A stretch of 63,784 nt of DNA, the filler included, from Chrysochromulina tobinii (taxonomy: Eukaryota), in assembly GCA_001275005.1 (NCBI GenBank). It is 6 parts of 6 records of this genome, joined end to end, with 100 filler letters (N's around TTAATTAATTAA, not from the genome) between each part and the next. Parts side by side here need not be neighbours in the genome. Positions count along the whole stretch, not along the records: positions 32,447 to 43,970 come from JWZX01000108.1; positions 44,071 to 54,498 come from JWZX01000111.1; 4 more parts are not named here. The stretch is one strand, 5' to 3'. A program made the translations under genes and the position numbers. The notes beneath the pieces are model-generated. The model did not search any database and was not told the origin of the DNA. It worked only from the letters and a program-made list of their open reading frames with translations. Of the stretch, positions 33,181-44,602 are shown one piece after another (position 1 is the stretch's first letter; each line of letters opens with the position of its first letter).

Positions 33181-35529
33181 GTGAGCGATGAGGAGACGGA
33201 GCGGCCGCATCTGACGCTCATCGACTTTGGGTACGCGGCGTTGCTCGGCGAGGCAGCAGATGGCGGTGGCGGGCCCATGGAGCTGACGGGCGTCGCCGGC
33301 TCGCCCGAGTACGCGGCGCCCGAGGTGCTCTCGTGGATTGAGGCGGAGGCGGACGCGACGGGCGAGGTGGAGGGCGAGCCATACGACGCAGGTTGCGACG
33401 TGTGGAGCGTGGGCGTGACGGCGCACGTGCTGCTGTGCGCCGCGATGCCCTTTGAGCTGCCCGAAGAGGCGACCGAGGCAGCGCTCGTCGCCGCCGCGCG
33501 CAACGTCGACCTCTCCTTCCACAGCCGTCCGGAACTCGAAGGCGACGCAATGGCGCCCACGCGCGACTTCGTGCGCGCTTGCATGACGGTCGCACGCAGG
33601 GAGCGCCCCTCGGCGGAGCAGCTGCTCGGCCATCCGTGGATCCTCGGGTCAAATCTCGGGACAAATCTCGGCCATCCGTGGATCCTCGGGTCAAATCTCG
33701 GGACAAATCTCGGCCATCCGTGGATCCTCGGGTCAAATCTCGGGACAAATCTCGGCCATCCGTGGATCCTCGGCCCACCGATGGCGCTCAACACGGCGCG
33801 TCAGGAGGAGCGCCCCTCGGCGTCCGTGCGCCCAACACGGCGCGAGCGCCTCGCGGCGGAGGAGGGCGTGTCGACGGGGGGCGCCATGCCTGAGGACGAC
33901 CTCGTGTTCCGTCGCCAGAGGGAGGATGACGAACGCCATCATCGGGAGGATGACGAACGCCATCAGGAGGACGAGCTCGAGTTCCGTCGCCAGGCGACCA
34001 TGCAGCGCCAGAGGGAGGATGAAGAACGTCATCAGCAGGAGGATGAAGAACGTCATCAGGAGGAGGAGGCCGCCAAACGGCTGCACGATGCTGAGGAGCT
34101 TGAGGCGCGGCGCCATCGTGAGGCGTTGACCGGTACCTACTCTGGCACCTTCTCTGACGCTGGGGCGACGTTGCCTAATTTGGACCAACGCAAGTATGGC
34201 ATCACCATCGCAGTCGGCACAGCCTCGCCGACGCGCGTGCACATCAACGCGGTCACGCCCAACACGGCGCCAACCAGCTGCCTCCTTCCCGACGCGAAGC
34301 CGCTGCCCAAGGTGGCTCGCGCCGCTCAGGACGGCGCCATGCAGGCCGTCAACCAACACGAACTCGCGGCGCACCTCGCCGCTGCAGTCAAATCCGCAGC
34401 TCTGACGTACTTCGTGCATGCTCACAGCCAGCGTACCAGTACTTCCCTTCAAGTGCTCGTCGGCCAGGTGCGAGCTCTGATGACCTCTGATGACCTCGCT
34501 GATGACCGCTGATGACCTCGTCGGCCAGGTGCGAGCTCTGATGACCTCGCCGATGACCCCGCTGATGACCTCGCTGATGACCGCTGATGACCTCGCTGAT
34601 GACCCCGCTGATGACCTCGCTGATGAGCCCGCTGTTGGCCGTGGATCGCCTCTGACCATCTCCAACGCCAACGCTCGCCTGCCAGGCACTGCTCGTGCGG
34701 CCGTTGCCACTGATGACCTGCCTTGCATGCGAGTGCTCACCACAGCGCCATCTCCCCACAGGCACTGCTCGTGCGGCCGTTGCAGACGCCTCCTCTTCCC
34801 ACAGAGCTCTCGAGTGCCAAGCTGACGCCTTCCCAGGCGGCCAGCTTGAAGCGCGACCTCAGCATCCTCTCGGCGAGGCTCACGAGGATCGTCAATGCGA
34901 CAAGGCGCGGTGGGTCAACTTGGCTCGTGAGGGAGGTAGGACAGGCTCTGATAGTCGCCGAGGAGCAGCCACTCCCCGACTGGTGGCACGCGTCCGGATC
35001 ACAGCGTTTGGGTGTGGTCCGGACGCAATCTCCCGCCACCGAGATCGCAATCTCCCCCGCGGCCGCAATCTCGCCCTCAGCTCCCTCATCTCCGAAGGGA
35101 GATCCGGTCACACCGCCACCCCTGCACTTCACACCACCACCCCTGCACTCGCAGCCGTCGCTCGGGTTACCGCCGCCAGCGACGAACGTGCCGAAACCGA
35201 TGAACGCGTCGGTGCGCCCGCCCTACGGCTTCGTCAGCCACGCCGAATGGGCCCCAGACGTACCCTTCATCTGCCACGCCTCGGTTTCGTCACCTCCCTC
35301 GCGTGCTCCCGGGCTCCCATCGTGGTGGTCAGACGCCTCGATGGGCGTCGCAACGGTGCGACCGGCCGCGGTGTCTGCCACGCACACCGACGAGACTGCG
35401 CCTCTGGTGGCCTCACAGGTGCTGGGAGCACTTGAAGGCACGGCGGGCGGCATTCCCGCGTGGTGGGCCCGGGAGAGCGCGAGGAGTGCGACCCCCCAAT
35501 CTCAGCGAGCGCATGTATTGACGGTGTAA
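32698..35529 (+). CDS. CAMK-group Ser/Thr protein kinase with long C-terminal extension
   Basis: GEGRFSRV, ALKE, HRDVKPEN, DFG, GSPEYAAPE, DVWSVGV, HPW. Compound intron 34468-34761 joins VLVGQ|ALLVRPL. Confidence 0.88.
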
Positions 35530-35670
35530 AAGCGGTCGGGTGGACTGGATCGGTGTCAAAGCACCGGAACAATTCATACCGCTCAGAAAAACACACATTC
35601 ACATTCACATTCACAGGTGAGGGAGGGCCTCCCTTTTGCTACCGTGTCCCAAGGAGAGACCACGGGCCAC

Positions 35671-36378
35671 ATGCCACCCGGCCGAGGGCGCGGGCGCCAT
35701 CTGCCGATCAACTACCCCGACGGCCTCACGTGCAAGCTGGCGCCCACTGACCCATACCCGCACATGGATCCCGAGAAGCTGCCGGTGCCGCCCGTCATGA
35801 CCACAACCGACCGGGAGCTCCTTGCCCTCCGGCGCAGCTTGCTGGGGATGCCGGCAACGCTCTCGTTTCGCGTGCGCAACGCGCCCGCGTCAGTGGGCTT
35901 GCGCTACTCGGATGGCCTCCTCGACCCGGTGCCCACGCCTTTTGACCAGACCAAGGAGTTCACGATGACGCGCAACACACACTTTCCTCAGGAACTACAA
36001 CCGGTGAAAAGCAAGAGCGGCGGCAGGAAGCGTGGGGCGGCGGCAGCGCTGCCGGCAGCGGTGGAGCGAAAGCGCCTGCACAAGACGGGCGCCGTGGGGC
36101 AGCGGCTCGACGAGATGGCCAAGCACGAGGATGGTACGGGACCAAGCGGCGCTGGGGCTGCGGGCACCGCCGCCGAGGAGGAGGAGGAGGAGGAGGAGGA
36201 GGAGCAGGTGGAGGCGAAGAATGAGAAGAAGGATGACGACGACGAAGAGGGCGACGGCAACGAGTCGGATGAGGATGAGGATCTCTACGAGGCGGAGGAT
36301 TGGCACTTCAACCAGGACGACGGTATGGACGACGATTTCGACGACGGAGGCGACGACGGTGGAGGGGACACGTATTGA
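35671..36378 (+). CDS. RPC31: RNA polymerase III subunit C31 (RPC7/POLR3G-like)
   Basis: N-terminal GRGRG, then P.P...LPVP, RYSD, FPQEL, a long acidic tail and C-terminal DTY. Confidence 0.75.
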   Translation: MPPGRGRGRHLPINYPDGLTCKLAPTDPYPHMDPEKLPVPPVMTTTDRELLALRRSLLGMPATLSFRVRNAPASVGLRYSDGLLDPVPTPFDQTKEFTMTRNTHFPQELQPVKSKSGGRKRGAAAALPAAVERKRLHKTGAVGQRLDEMAKHEDGTGPSGAGAAGTAAEEEEEEEEEEQVEAKNEKKDDDDEEGDGNESDEDEDLYEAEDWHFNQDDGMDDDFDDGGDDGGGDTY

Positions 36379-36861
36379 GGGCGATGTGGCCAAACCAGGC
36401 TGTGTGAGAGCCGAGCGCCGAGATTCGGTATTGTATTTAGAGACGAGCGTGCGTTATTCCGCGTTTGGCAGATGATAGAAATACGCCACACACTAGCCGG
36501 GCACGATCCGCAACAAATAACGAAACTCCATTACCAGTTACGTCAAGGCTCCGCTCAAGCGGACCATCGACCTTGCTCCTTGGTCCTTGCATAAATCTCC
36601 ACTCGCTGCGGGCGCTGGGCCCTTCACCGCATCCGCCCCGCCCGGTCTCCGGCACCGCTTGTTTTTCACTGCAAACAAGAAACATCCGTTGAGCGTTGTC
36701 GCGATGTCGCACTTCAAAAATGGCCTTGGAATCGTTATCCGCGGGAAGTGTGTCCACGCGATTAGGAACTCATGAGTAATGTTACCATGAATGTTACCGA
36801 GTAACCCTATGTAAACCCACAGCAGCAGCGATACAAAGGTTCACAGATGTGCTCGCACAAT

Positions 36862-39198
36862 CTACAAATGCAACGTAAATCCACTCCGACCCGTCACCGC
36901 GTCTTGCACCGCTGTTGTCCCTGCACGTCCGATGCGGTTTTCCCGGAGGTTCAGTTTGGTCAGGACCGCCTTGACCTTCAGCGCCTCCGCGATCGCGATG
37001 GCACCCTCATCCCCGATGTTGTTGATTGCGAGAGAGAGGGTGGTCACCACCGCGTTGACCTTCAGCGCCTGCGCGATCGCCTTGGCACCCTTATCCCCGA
37101 TGCTGTTGCTCCGGAGGGAGAGGGTGGTCACTGCCGCGTTGACCTTCAGCGCCTCTGCGATCGCCTTGGCACCCTCGTCGCCGATCTTGTTGCTGCCGAG
37201 CTCGAGCTCGGTCACCACTGCCGTGCCCGACTGCAAGGCGTCAGCGATGGCTTTGGCACCCTCGTCCCCGATCTGGTTGTAGTAGAGGGTCAGGGTGGTC
37301 AACACCATGTTGATCTTCAGCGCCTGCACGATCGCGATGGCTCCCTGGTCCCCAATCTCGTTGCGTCCGAGGTCGAGCTCGGTTAGGATCGGGTTGACCT
37401 TCAGCGCCTCCGCGATTGCGATGGCTCCCTCTGGACCAATGTTGTTGTCGTCTAGGCGCAGGATGGTCAGGACCGTGTTGACCTTCAGCGCCTCTGCGAT
37501 CGCCTCGGCACCCTCTGGTCCGATTTTGTTGACGTATAGGACCAGCTCGGTAACGCCCGTGTTGACCTTCAGCGCCTCTGCGATCGCCTTGGCACCGTCG
37601 TCGCCGATGTTGTTCCCCCAGAGGCGCAGCTCGGTCAGAAACGCCATGCATTGCAGGTCGGACCCGATCAGGATGGCGTCGGAGGGTTGGAGGCTCACCA
37701 CACTATGGGAGTTTTGGAAATCAAACTTGGCCTCCGTCTGGATGCGCGTCATGCCCGAAAGCATGATGCCCTTCTCCGCGCCGATTTTGGCGAGCATCGT
37801 GGCCGACTCAACGTCGAAGTGGTTATGGAGCAAGCTGCAGTCCTTCAGTACCGCGTTGACCTTCAGCGCCTCCGCGACCGCTTTGGCACCGTCGTCGCCG
37901 ATGTTGTTATGCCAGAGGTCCAGCTCGATCAAGACCGCGTTGACCTTCAACGCCTGCGCGATCGCCTTGGCACCCTCGTCCCCGATGGAGTTCATCCCGA
38001 GGTCGAGGGTGGTCAAGACCGCGTTGACCTTCAACGCCTCCGCAATCGCTATGGCACCGTCGTCGCCGATGTCGTTGCCGTTCAGGTACAGGGTGGTCAG
38101 CACCGCCGTGACTGGAATGAAACTCGCAATGAGCATGGCTCCCTCGGGGCCAATCATCAGGCCATTCAAATCGGAAATGTCTGAATCGAGACTGCTGAGC
38201 GTATCGGCGCGCAGCTCCTCCACAGGGATGCGACGGATCTCTCCAAGGCCAGCGCAGGCAATGGCTCCGAGCAGCAGTGCTAGTGGTGGCTCACCCTCGC
38301 CCGTGATGCAGCAGCACATATGGCGCTTGGCCAGACCAAGAAGCAGAGGCAACGGCGTGTCCTCCTCCTCCTCCTCCTCTTCCTCCTCTTCCTCCTCGCC
38401 GCCATCATCGTCCAAGTCGACCTCTCGGACCGCAGCCACATCCACCACAAAGCCATACCCCGTGAGCCGCTCCAGGTGGACTAGCAGCCGCCCTGCCCTC
38501 ACCGCCTCCCACGGTCGGCTGGCTTCGATGAGCAACTGCAGGTTGAGCTCCGTGATCTCGTCCAGCTGCTGAGGGTCGGCGTGACCTTCACGCCTGCACA
38601 GCCGCGAGCACAGCGCTCGGCGTCCGAGCGCACGCCACGCTCGGTTGACGCCCTTGAGCTCGATCAGCGTGTCCACGTCGACCGTGGCCAAGGCAGCTTC
38701 CGCAGCGTCGTCATTCACGGCCAACGCGGGCGGCCCCGCGGTGGTAGACTGTGGCATGGGACTATCCGGTGTGAAAGCCGGCTCTGCAAGGGCTTGCACG
38801 CGCTCCTCATCGCTCTCAAAGTCGTCCACCGCACCGAGCAGCTCACGCAGCTCGTTGGCACGTTTGCCATCCAATCGCCGAGCAAAAGCAGACTGAGCAT
38901 ACAAGAGCGCCTGCTCGGCGATGAGATTGCTGGCGCCCTCGATAAGAGCAGCTAGCTGTGTGAGCGAGCACTCATCGAGGCGTGAGGCTGACCAATCGTC
39001 GTCGTCGCACATTGCCCCAAGTGTGCGCAGCACGGTTGTGGCCGTCTCGTCTATGGGGAAGACGGTGTCTTCAGACGGATCGAGGTCGTTGAGCCAATCA
39101 TTGAGTCGTCCCGCTCGCCGCGCTGCTTTGAGTGACCACTCGACCTCCTCGCCCTCACGCCCACGCACGCGGACGCGCCGCCCGCAAGCCTTCTCCAT
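36862..39198 (-). CDS. Skp1-like plus F-box-like plus RI-type (NLRC3-like) 28-residue LRR protein
   Basis: N-terminal about 140 aa Skp1-like (LDGKRANELRELLGAVDDFESDEE), F-box-like TLIELKGVNRAWRAL, and many LxLxxNxIGDEGAKAIAEALKVN repeats. Confidence 0.85.
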   Translation of the reverse strand: MEKACGRRVRVRGREGEEVEWSLKAARRAGRLNDWLNDLDPSEDTVFPIDETATTVLRTLGAMCDDDDWSASRLDECSLTQLAALIEGASNLIAEQALLYAQSAFARRLDGKRANELRELLGAVDDFESDEERVQALAEPAFTPDSPMPQSTTAGPPALAVNDDAAEAALATVDVDTLIELKGVNRAWRALGRRALCSRLCRREGHADPQQLDEITELNLQLLIEASRPWEAVRAGRLLVHLERLTGYGFVVDVAAVREVDLDDDGGEEEEEEEEEEEEDTPLPLLLGLAKRHMCCCITGEGEPPLALLLGAIACAGLGEIRRIPVEELRADTLSSLDSDISDLNGLMIGPEGAMLIASFIPVTAVLTTLYLNGNDIGDDGAIAIAEALKVNAVLTTLDLGMNSIGDEGAKAIAQALKVNAVLIELDLWHNNIGDDGAKAVAEALKVNAVLKDCSLLHNHFDVESATMLAKIGAEKGIMLSGMTRIQTEAKFDFQNSHSVVSLQPSDAILIGSDLQCMAFLTELRLWGNNIGDDGAKAIAEALKVNTGVTELVLYVNKIGPEGAEAIAEALKVNTVLTILRLDDNNIGPEGAIAIAEALKVNPILTELDLGRNEIGDQGAIAIVQALKINMVLTTLTLYYNQIGDEGAKAIADALQSGTAVVTELELGSNKIGDEGAKAIAEALKVNAAVTTLSLRSNSIGDKGAKAIAQALKVNAVVTTLSLAINNIGDEGAIAIAEALKVKAVLTKLNLRENRIGRAGTTAVQDAVTGRSGFTLHL

Positions 39199-39347
39199 TT
39201 CTGCTTTCTTGATTTGGTATCGGCCTCTTACCCCGATTTGGTAATGTTCGAGCGTCGTAGTGAGCTTTTGGGGCACATTCAATTGTAGTAGTTCCTCACC
39301 ACTCAAGATCACAGCCGAAACTTGATTGAGTTCTCGTTTGCGCCACG

Positions 39348-42073
39348 ATGCCGAAGAGACCACGAACCTCTGAAGTTGTGGCTGCTCTCTCTGGCATCGA
39401 GCGCGAACGAAGCGTTGGCATCGACTCGTACGCGAGCGCGCCCCTTCCGCTCCACCCGACCGGCCTCTTCCAGTCGCGATGGATTGATTTCCACGTTCGG
39501 GAGCTGGCAGAAGATGGAGTCGCCCTTTCACTGACCGACGTGCCACAGCAGGCAGACGCGTTGGCACCCTTGGCACACAGGCATCTGTGCTCGTTCGTAA
39601 TGTGCAAAGAGAATCGGACGACCTCAGATGCCTTGAGGCAGGTAGCGGCCGCAGCTGGCGTGCCTCTCTCGAGCCTCGCCGTCGCCGGCGCCAAGGACAA
39701 GCGAGCCGTGACGGTGCAACGCGTGACTGGCCGCGGCATCGACGCGCCGAAACTGCTGCGCGTGAACGACAAGTGGACAGCCGCTGGCAGCCGGGTGCGC
39801 GTCGGGCATTTCGCGGCCGCCGATCGCTCGCTCGGCCTCGACCAAGCGCGTGGAAATCAGTTTGTGGTCATCCTGCGCGACCTCGAGGTGACGTCCACTT
39901 GCCACGAGGCGCACGCGCAGGCGCCGGCAGGTGGAGCGGCTGGCGAGGCAGACGGCGATGGAACGGCTTCCATATTTGGCAACTCCGAGGGTCTGGGCGA
40001 GGTGGCGTGGCGCCGTAGCGGGCGCGCCGTCGCGGGCGAGGGTCTGGGCGAGGAGGCACTGCGAGGCGCATGCAGTGCCGCCCTCTCGCGCGTCGCGGCG
40101 GGCGGCTTCGTCAACTACTTTGGCTTGCAGCGCTTCGGCAGCGGCGAGGGCGTGGCCACGCATGCCGTCGGTGCCCTCTTACTACGCGGGGCATTCCGTC
40201 GGGGACTCCAAGCCATACTCGACCCGACCGCGCCCGGCCTCTCGGCGGCTGAGCGGGCGGCGCGCGCTCACTACGGCGCGACCGCGGACGCGGCGGCAGC
40301 GTTGCGCCTGCTGCCGAGGCGCGGCGGCCAGACGCTCACACAGAGGCTCCTTAGCTCCTATGCCGCTCGACTGTCGGCAGCGAGCACGGCGGCTGCTGAC
40401 ACGGCAGTTGCAGGCACGGCAGTTGCAGGCACGGCGGTTGCTGACACGGCAGTTGCTGACACGGCAGTTGCTGACACGGCAGTTGCTGACACGGCGGCGG
40501 CTGGTGCTACGGTAGTCGGTGCCGCATCGGCCGCGCATGCAAGTGATCACCACGGCGCGCGGCCATCAGCGGTAGCCACATCGGCCGCGCATGCGAGTGC
40601 TCACCACGGCGCTGCATCGGCTGGCGCCCTGGAGGCGAGTGCATTGGAGGACGCGGCGGCGGAAACGACTCTTTGGCGCCTCCCTTTTCGGGAGCGCTTG
40701 CTCTACGTGAATGCGCTCCAGTCGTTCGCGTTCAATCGCGCCGCCAGCTACCGCATCCGAATGAATGCGAGCACTCCCATCGAAGGCGATCTGGTGTGGG
40801 GAATGAATGCGAGCGCTCCCATCGAAGGCGATCTGGTGTGGGGAATGAATGCGAGCGCTCCCATCGAAGGCGATCTGGTGTGGGCGGCAGCCGGCGGCGG
40901 CGGTGCCCATGACGGCGCCCATTTAGGTGCCCACGACGGCGCGATCACGGAGGACGAGGGCGCCGACGTGAGCGCCGTCGTGGGCGCCGACGCCGTTGAA
41001 GGCGCCGACGACGTCGAAGGCTCGGCAGCGGCGGACGGGTTCGAGGACGATGGCGGCGGCGCTGTCGCTTCGGTCTCCGTCGGGCCTGCCGTGCGGGCGC
41101 GCGCGCTGTTGCCGCCTGCTGTGAAAGTGCTCAGCGCGGCGGAGGCAGCTTCTGGCCGTTACACTCTTGCGGACGTGCTGCTGCCACTCCCAGGTCACTT
41201 CGCCACGTATCCCCTGAGTGCCACTGAGTGCCTTCCTCATCAGGTCACTTTTCACCACTTATCTCCCGAGTGCCACTGATTGCCTTCCGCATCAGGTCAC
41301 TCACACCTTCCCATATCCCTGATTGCCACTGATTGCCACTGATTGCCTCCCCATCAGGTCACTCCGTCACCTACCCCGCGCACGGCGCCGGCGCCGAGTA
41401 CGCTCGGGTTCTGTCCGAGCTCAATCTCCGGCTCGATCTCCGGCTCGGCGCCACGACGGCGCTCCCAGCCGCGAGCTCGGAGCTCCCAGCCGCGAGGTGG
41501 TTTCAGGCAGGCCTCTTCGACCTGCCTGGCGGGTATCGTCCATTGCTTGCCTTCGCGTCGCGCTTGAGCGGCGCCGTACTCTCTTACACCGACCCGATCG
41601 CCGTGCTTGAGCGCTCGGATTTGGATGCCCTCGAGCCCAGAGCCACTGCCACGTCGACGGCGCCGTCACGAGCACCCGAGCGCTCGGATTTGGATGCCCT
41701 CGAGCCCAGAGCCACTGCCACGTCGACGGCGCCGTCACGAGCACCCGAGCGCTTGGATTTGGATGCCCTCGAGCCCAGAGCCACTGCCACGTCGACGGCG
41801 CCGTCCCGAGCACCCGAGCGCTTGGATTTGGATGCCCTCGAGCCCAGAGCCACTGCCACGTCGACGGCGCCGTCCCGAGCACCCGATGAAGCCGACGGCG
41901 GCTCGGCACGCAAACGCTTCGCGTGGCGGGTGAGCTTTGAGTTGCCTGCGTCGGTGTATGCGACCGTGTTCTTGAGGGAGCTCCTGCATCATCCCCTCGA
42001 TGCCGCGGAGGACGCGCGCCGCTCGAAAACAGTGCTCACCGCGAAAAATAAGACTCCGTTCGGTATCGACTAG
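39348..42073 (+). CDS. PUS7: TruD-family pseudouridine synthase
   Basis: AGAKDKRAVTVQ (catalytic Asp), GNQF, GFVNYFGLQRFG, LPGGYR, FELPASVYATVFLRE. Intron 41194-41357 joins LPLPG|HSVTYP. Confidence 0.92.
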
Positions 42074-42628
42074 GGTCAAGTTTTGGTGACCCCGGTGAGA
42101 CGCTGCAAATAGGTAGTGCAAGGTGGAGGAGTTCCGGAGTTGGACGCGTAGCCGCCTGGTAGCGTAGGCGTGCTGCGCGCGGAAAGCTCGGCTCTATCGC
42201 TGGACGCTGCACGTTCCCTCATGCTGCGCGACGCCCTCAGGGCCGACTAACGCTTCACTGGGACCGGCACGACCGCCCGCGCGCCGCAACCGTATACATC
42301 GATGCGAGACAATCATGCAAATACGATAGCACATGCTTTCAACGACACACATACGAACCGTCGATCCGGAGTGGACGCCTCGGCTTGTATGTTGTCGAAT
42401 AGTACTTTCAGCAAAGAATCAAAGGAATGAAGCTGAATCACATGAGCGAGTATCGAGCTGACAGAGTGACCGCCGTGACCGATCGCCGTGACAATAAGGA
42501 TCAGAGAAAGAGATGATAATCTCGTGCGGTCGGTGATGATGATCTCGTGCGGTCGGAGATGATGATCCCGTGCGGTCGGAGATGATGATCTCGTGCGGTC
42601 GGTGCCGCAACACTGGATGATTGAGATC

Positions 42629-43970
42629 TCAGTGCGTGGTGGGGATCTGACGGATGAGGGCCGCACGTAGCTCGACACGCCCTCGCAGATCCTGCAGCTC
42701 ATCAGCTGCCCGATCTGCCGCCTCGAGCTGCGCCTCGGCCGTGCGGTTGCCCGCAGCGGCAGCGGCGTGAGTGGCGGCGTCTGGGCGCGGCACAGCGGGT
42801 GCCTCTGCCGCGAGCTCGTCCTCGGCGGGTAGCGAGCCCCAGCGCGCTCCGTACCTGTGGGGAAGTGAGGGCGCCGTGGTGAGCGCTTGCATGCAAAGCT
42901 CGTCCTCGGCGGGTAGGGAGCCCCACGCTCCGTACCGGTACTCGTCGTGAATGCGCAGCGGGTGCGCTTCGGTGTTGAAGACGTACTCGCTCAGCGGGTA
43001 CTCGGAGCCGTCGCCGAAGAGCAGGTAGAGGTATTTGAGTGTCTCCGCGGTGAAGAAGGACTCCATGCGACCACCCTGTGGGGAAGAGGGAGGCACGGGG
43101 CGGAGCGCCGTGGTGAGCACTTGCATGCACGTTCCACTCGGGAGCAGTTGGCGTACCTCATCCTGGGGAGGAGGCACGAGCGTGACGTCCTTGAGCGGCA
43201 CGTATCCCCCCGTGGGAACCTTTGTATGAGTCTCGATGGCACCGAAGATGTGCCATCCCCATTCGCGATACTTCGGATCCCCGGTGAGCCGCCACAAGAT
43301 CAAAAGGCTCTCTGAAGTTTCAGGGCGCAGCAAAAAGTGCTTCGCCTGCTCCGCGGCGACCACGTGTGTCCGGTGACCAAAGGCGGCTATCTCGGGAGCG
43401 AGGCCCGATGGGCTATCCGCATACATGCGATAGCAAGTGTGCATGAGCTCGACGGCGAGCTCACGATCGGCGTCCGCGCGCGTGCCCTCCGCCCCGAGGA
43501 TAAGCATACCGGGGGCGAAGCAGGCGAGATGGTCCATCGTGTGTGAATACTCTCCGGTGCGGTGGTTCCATCGTGCCAGGTACGTGCAGTTACCACACCG
43601 GTCTGGGCCGCCGCGCCTCACGAGGCGCGCATGGATCGCCTCGACCGACGTGTCATACATTTGGCGCATCCGCTGATCGGTGCGCCCGGAGAGGATCCAT
43701 TGCTTCAGGAGGTATTCGTACAGCGAGTCGGCGCGCGCGCCGAGCGTCACCTCCTGCGACATCCACTGGCCAGTCTCCGGCGAGATGAACATGGGGTAGA
43801 GCCCGCGCGGCAAGTCGGACGGCCAGGCGCCCCCCTCCGGTGTGCTGCTCGAGGGTACCCCGTGCTGCAGCCGGCGTAGGTACGTCATGATACGCTGCGC
43901 CACTGCCTCGTACGCCGGGTTCCCTGTGTGGCGCGAGAGCGCTCGGAACTCGAGCTGCAGGGTGCCCACC
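42629..43970 (-). CDS. Class I alpha-1,2-mannosidase (GH47); 5'-partial
   Basis: GTLQLEF, LGARADSLYEYLLK, MDHLACF, LLRPETSES, MESFFTAETLKYLYLLF, FNTEAHP. Two 81-nt introns at 43076-43156 and 42855-42935. Confidence 0.93.
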
Positions 43971-44070
43971 NNNNNNNNNNNNNNNNNNNNNNNNNNNNNN
44001 NNNNNNNNNNNNNNTTAATTAATTAANNNNNNNNNNNNNNNNNNNNNNNNNNNNNNNNNNNNNNNNNNNN
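43971..44070. other. Artificial contig linker
   Basis: N-TTAATTAATTAA-N. Confidence 0.97.
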
Positions 44071-44602
44071 GTATGCTGTATGGTTCCCGTGGGGCGCTGG
44101 GGCCTAGCTGGGGCCGCGCGTGGCAGCACAGAGAGGTCCCGTCTCCCGTGCGCGCGTATCCGTGTTTGTGTCGGAGCGAACCACAGGTTCGCATCATCCG
44201 TCACAGCCCCATGCGCGTTTGCCGTTTCAAAACAAAGTTGGTGATCAACACGACGCGTCCTCCCCCAATCACGAGTCGGGCCTCTACATGTATTATCGCA
44301 TGGACGGAGGTGTGGCCGCGTTTCAACACGCTGTTCGTTACAAAACACGACGCCGAGCCTGTTCAATACAACGCTCAGATTCTTCTTCATCTGGGCGGTC
44401 TGACATCGCATCCAGATCCACAGGCTTCCAGGGTCGAGGGTGGCGAACGATGGAAGTTAGAACGAAGCTTGCCGGGGGTTCGGTTCAGCACCGCACGGGC
44501 CTCAGTTCCGTTCCGTTTTAGGGCCCTCGCGGCCAGAAGTAGCCCTGTATCTGTTCGACGGAAGTGTCGACGCGGTGCTTCGCCAGAGACGCCACCAGAT
44601 TT

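Noticed and set aside
39199..39576. N-terminal extension of the LRR ORF overlapping PUS7
   Set aside because: Non-ATG start running through AT-rich promoter-like DNA; ATG 39198 fits the Skp1-like domain start.
42515..42605. GATGATCTCGTGCGGTCG short tandem repeats
   Set aside because: Small degenerate repeat just downstream of the GH47 stop codon with no further structure.
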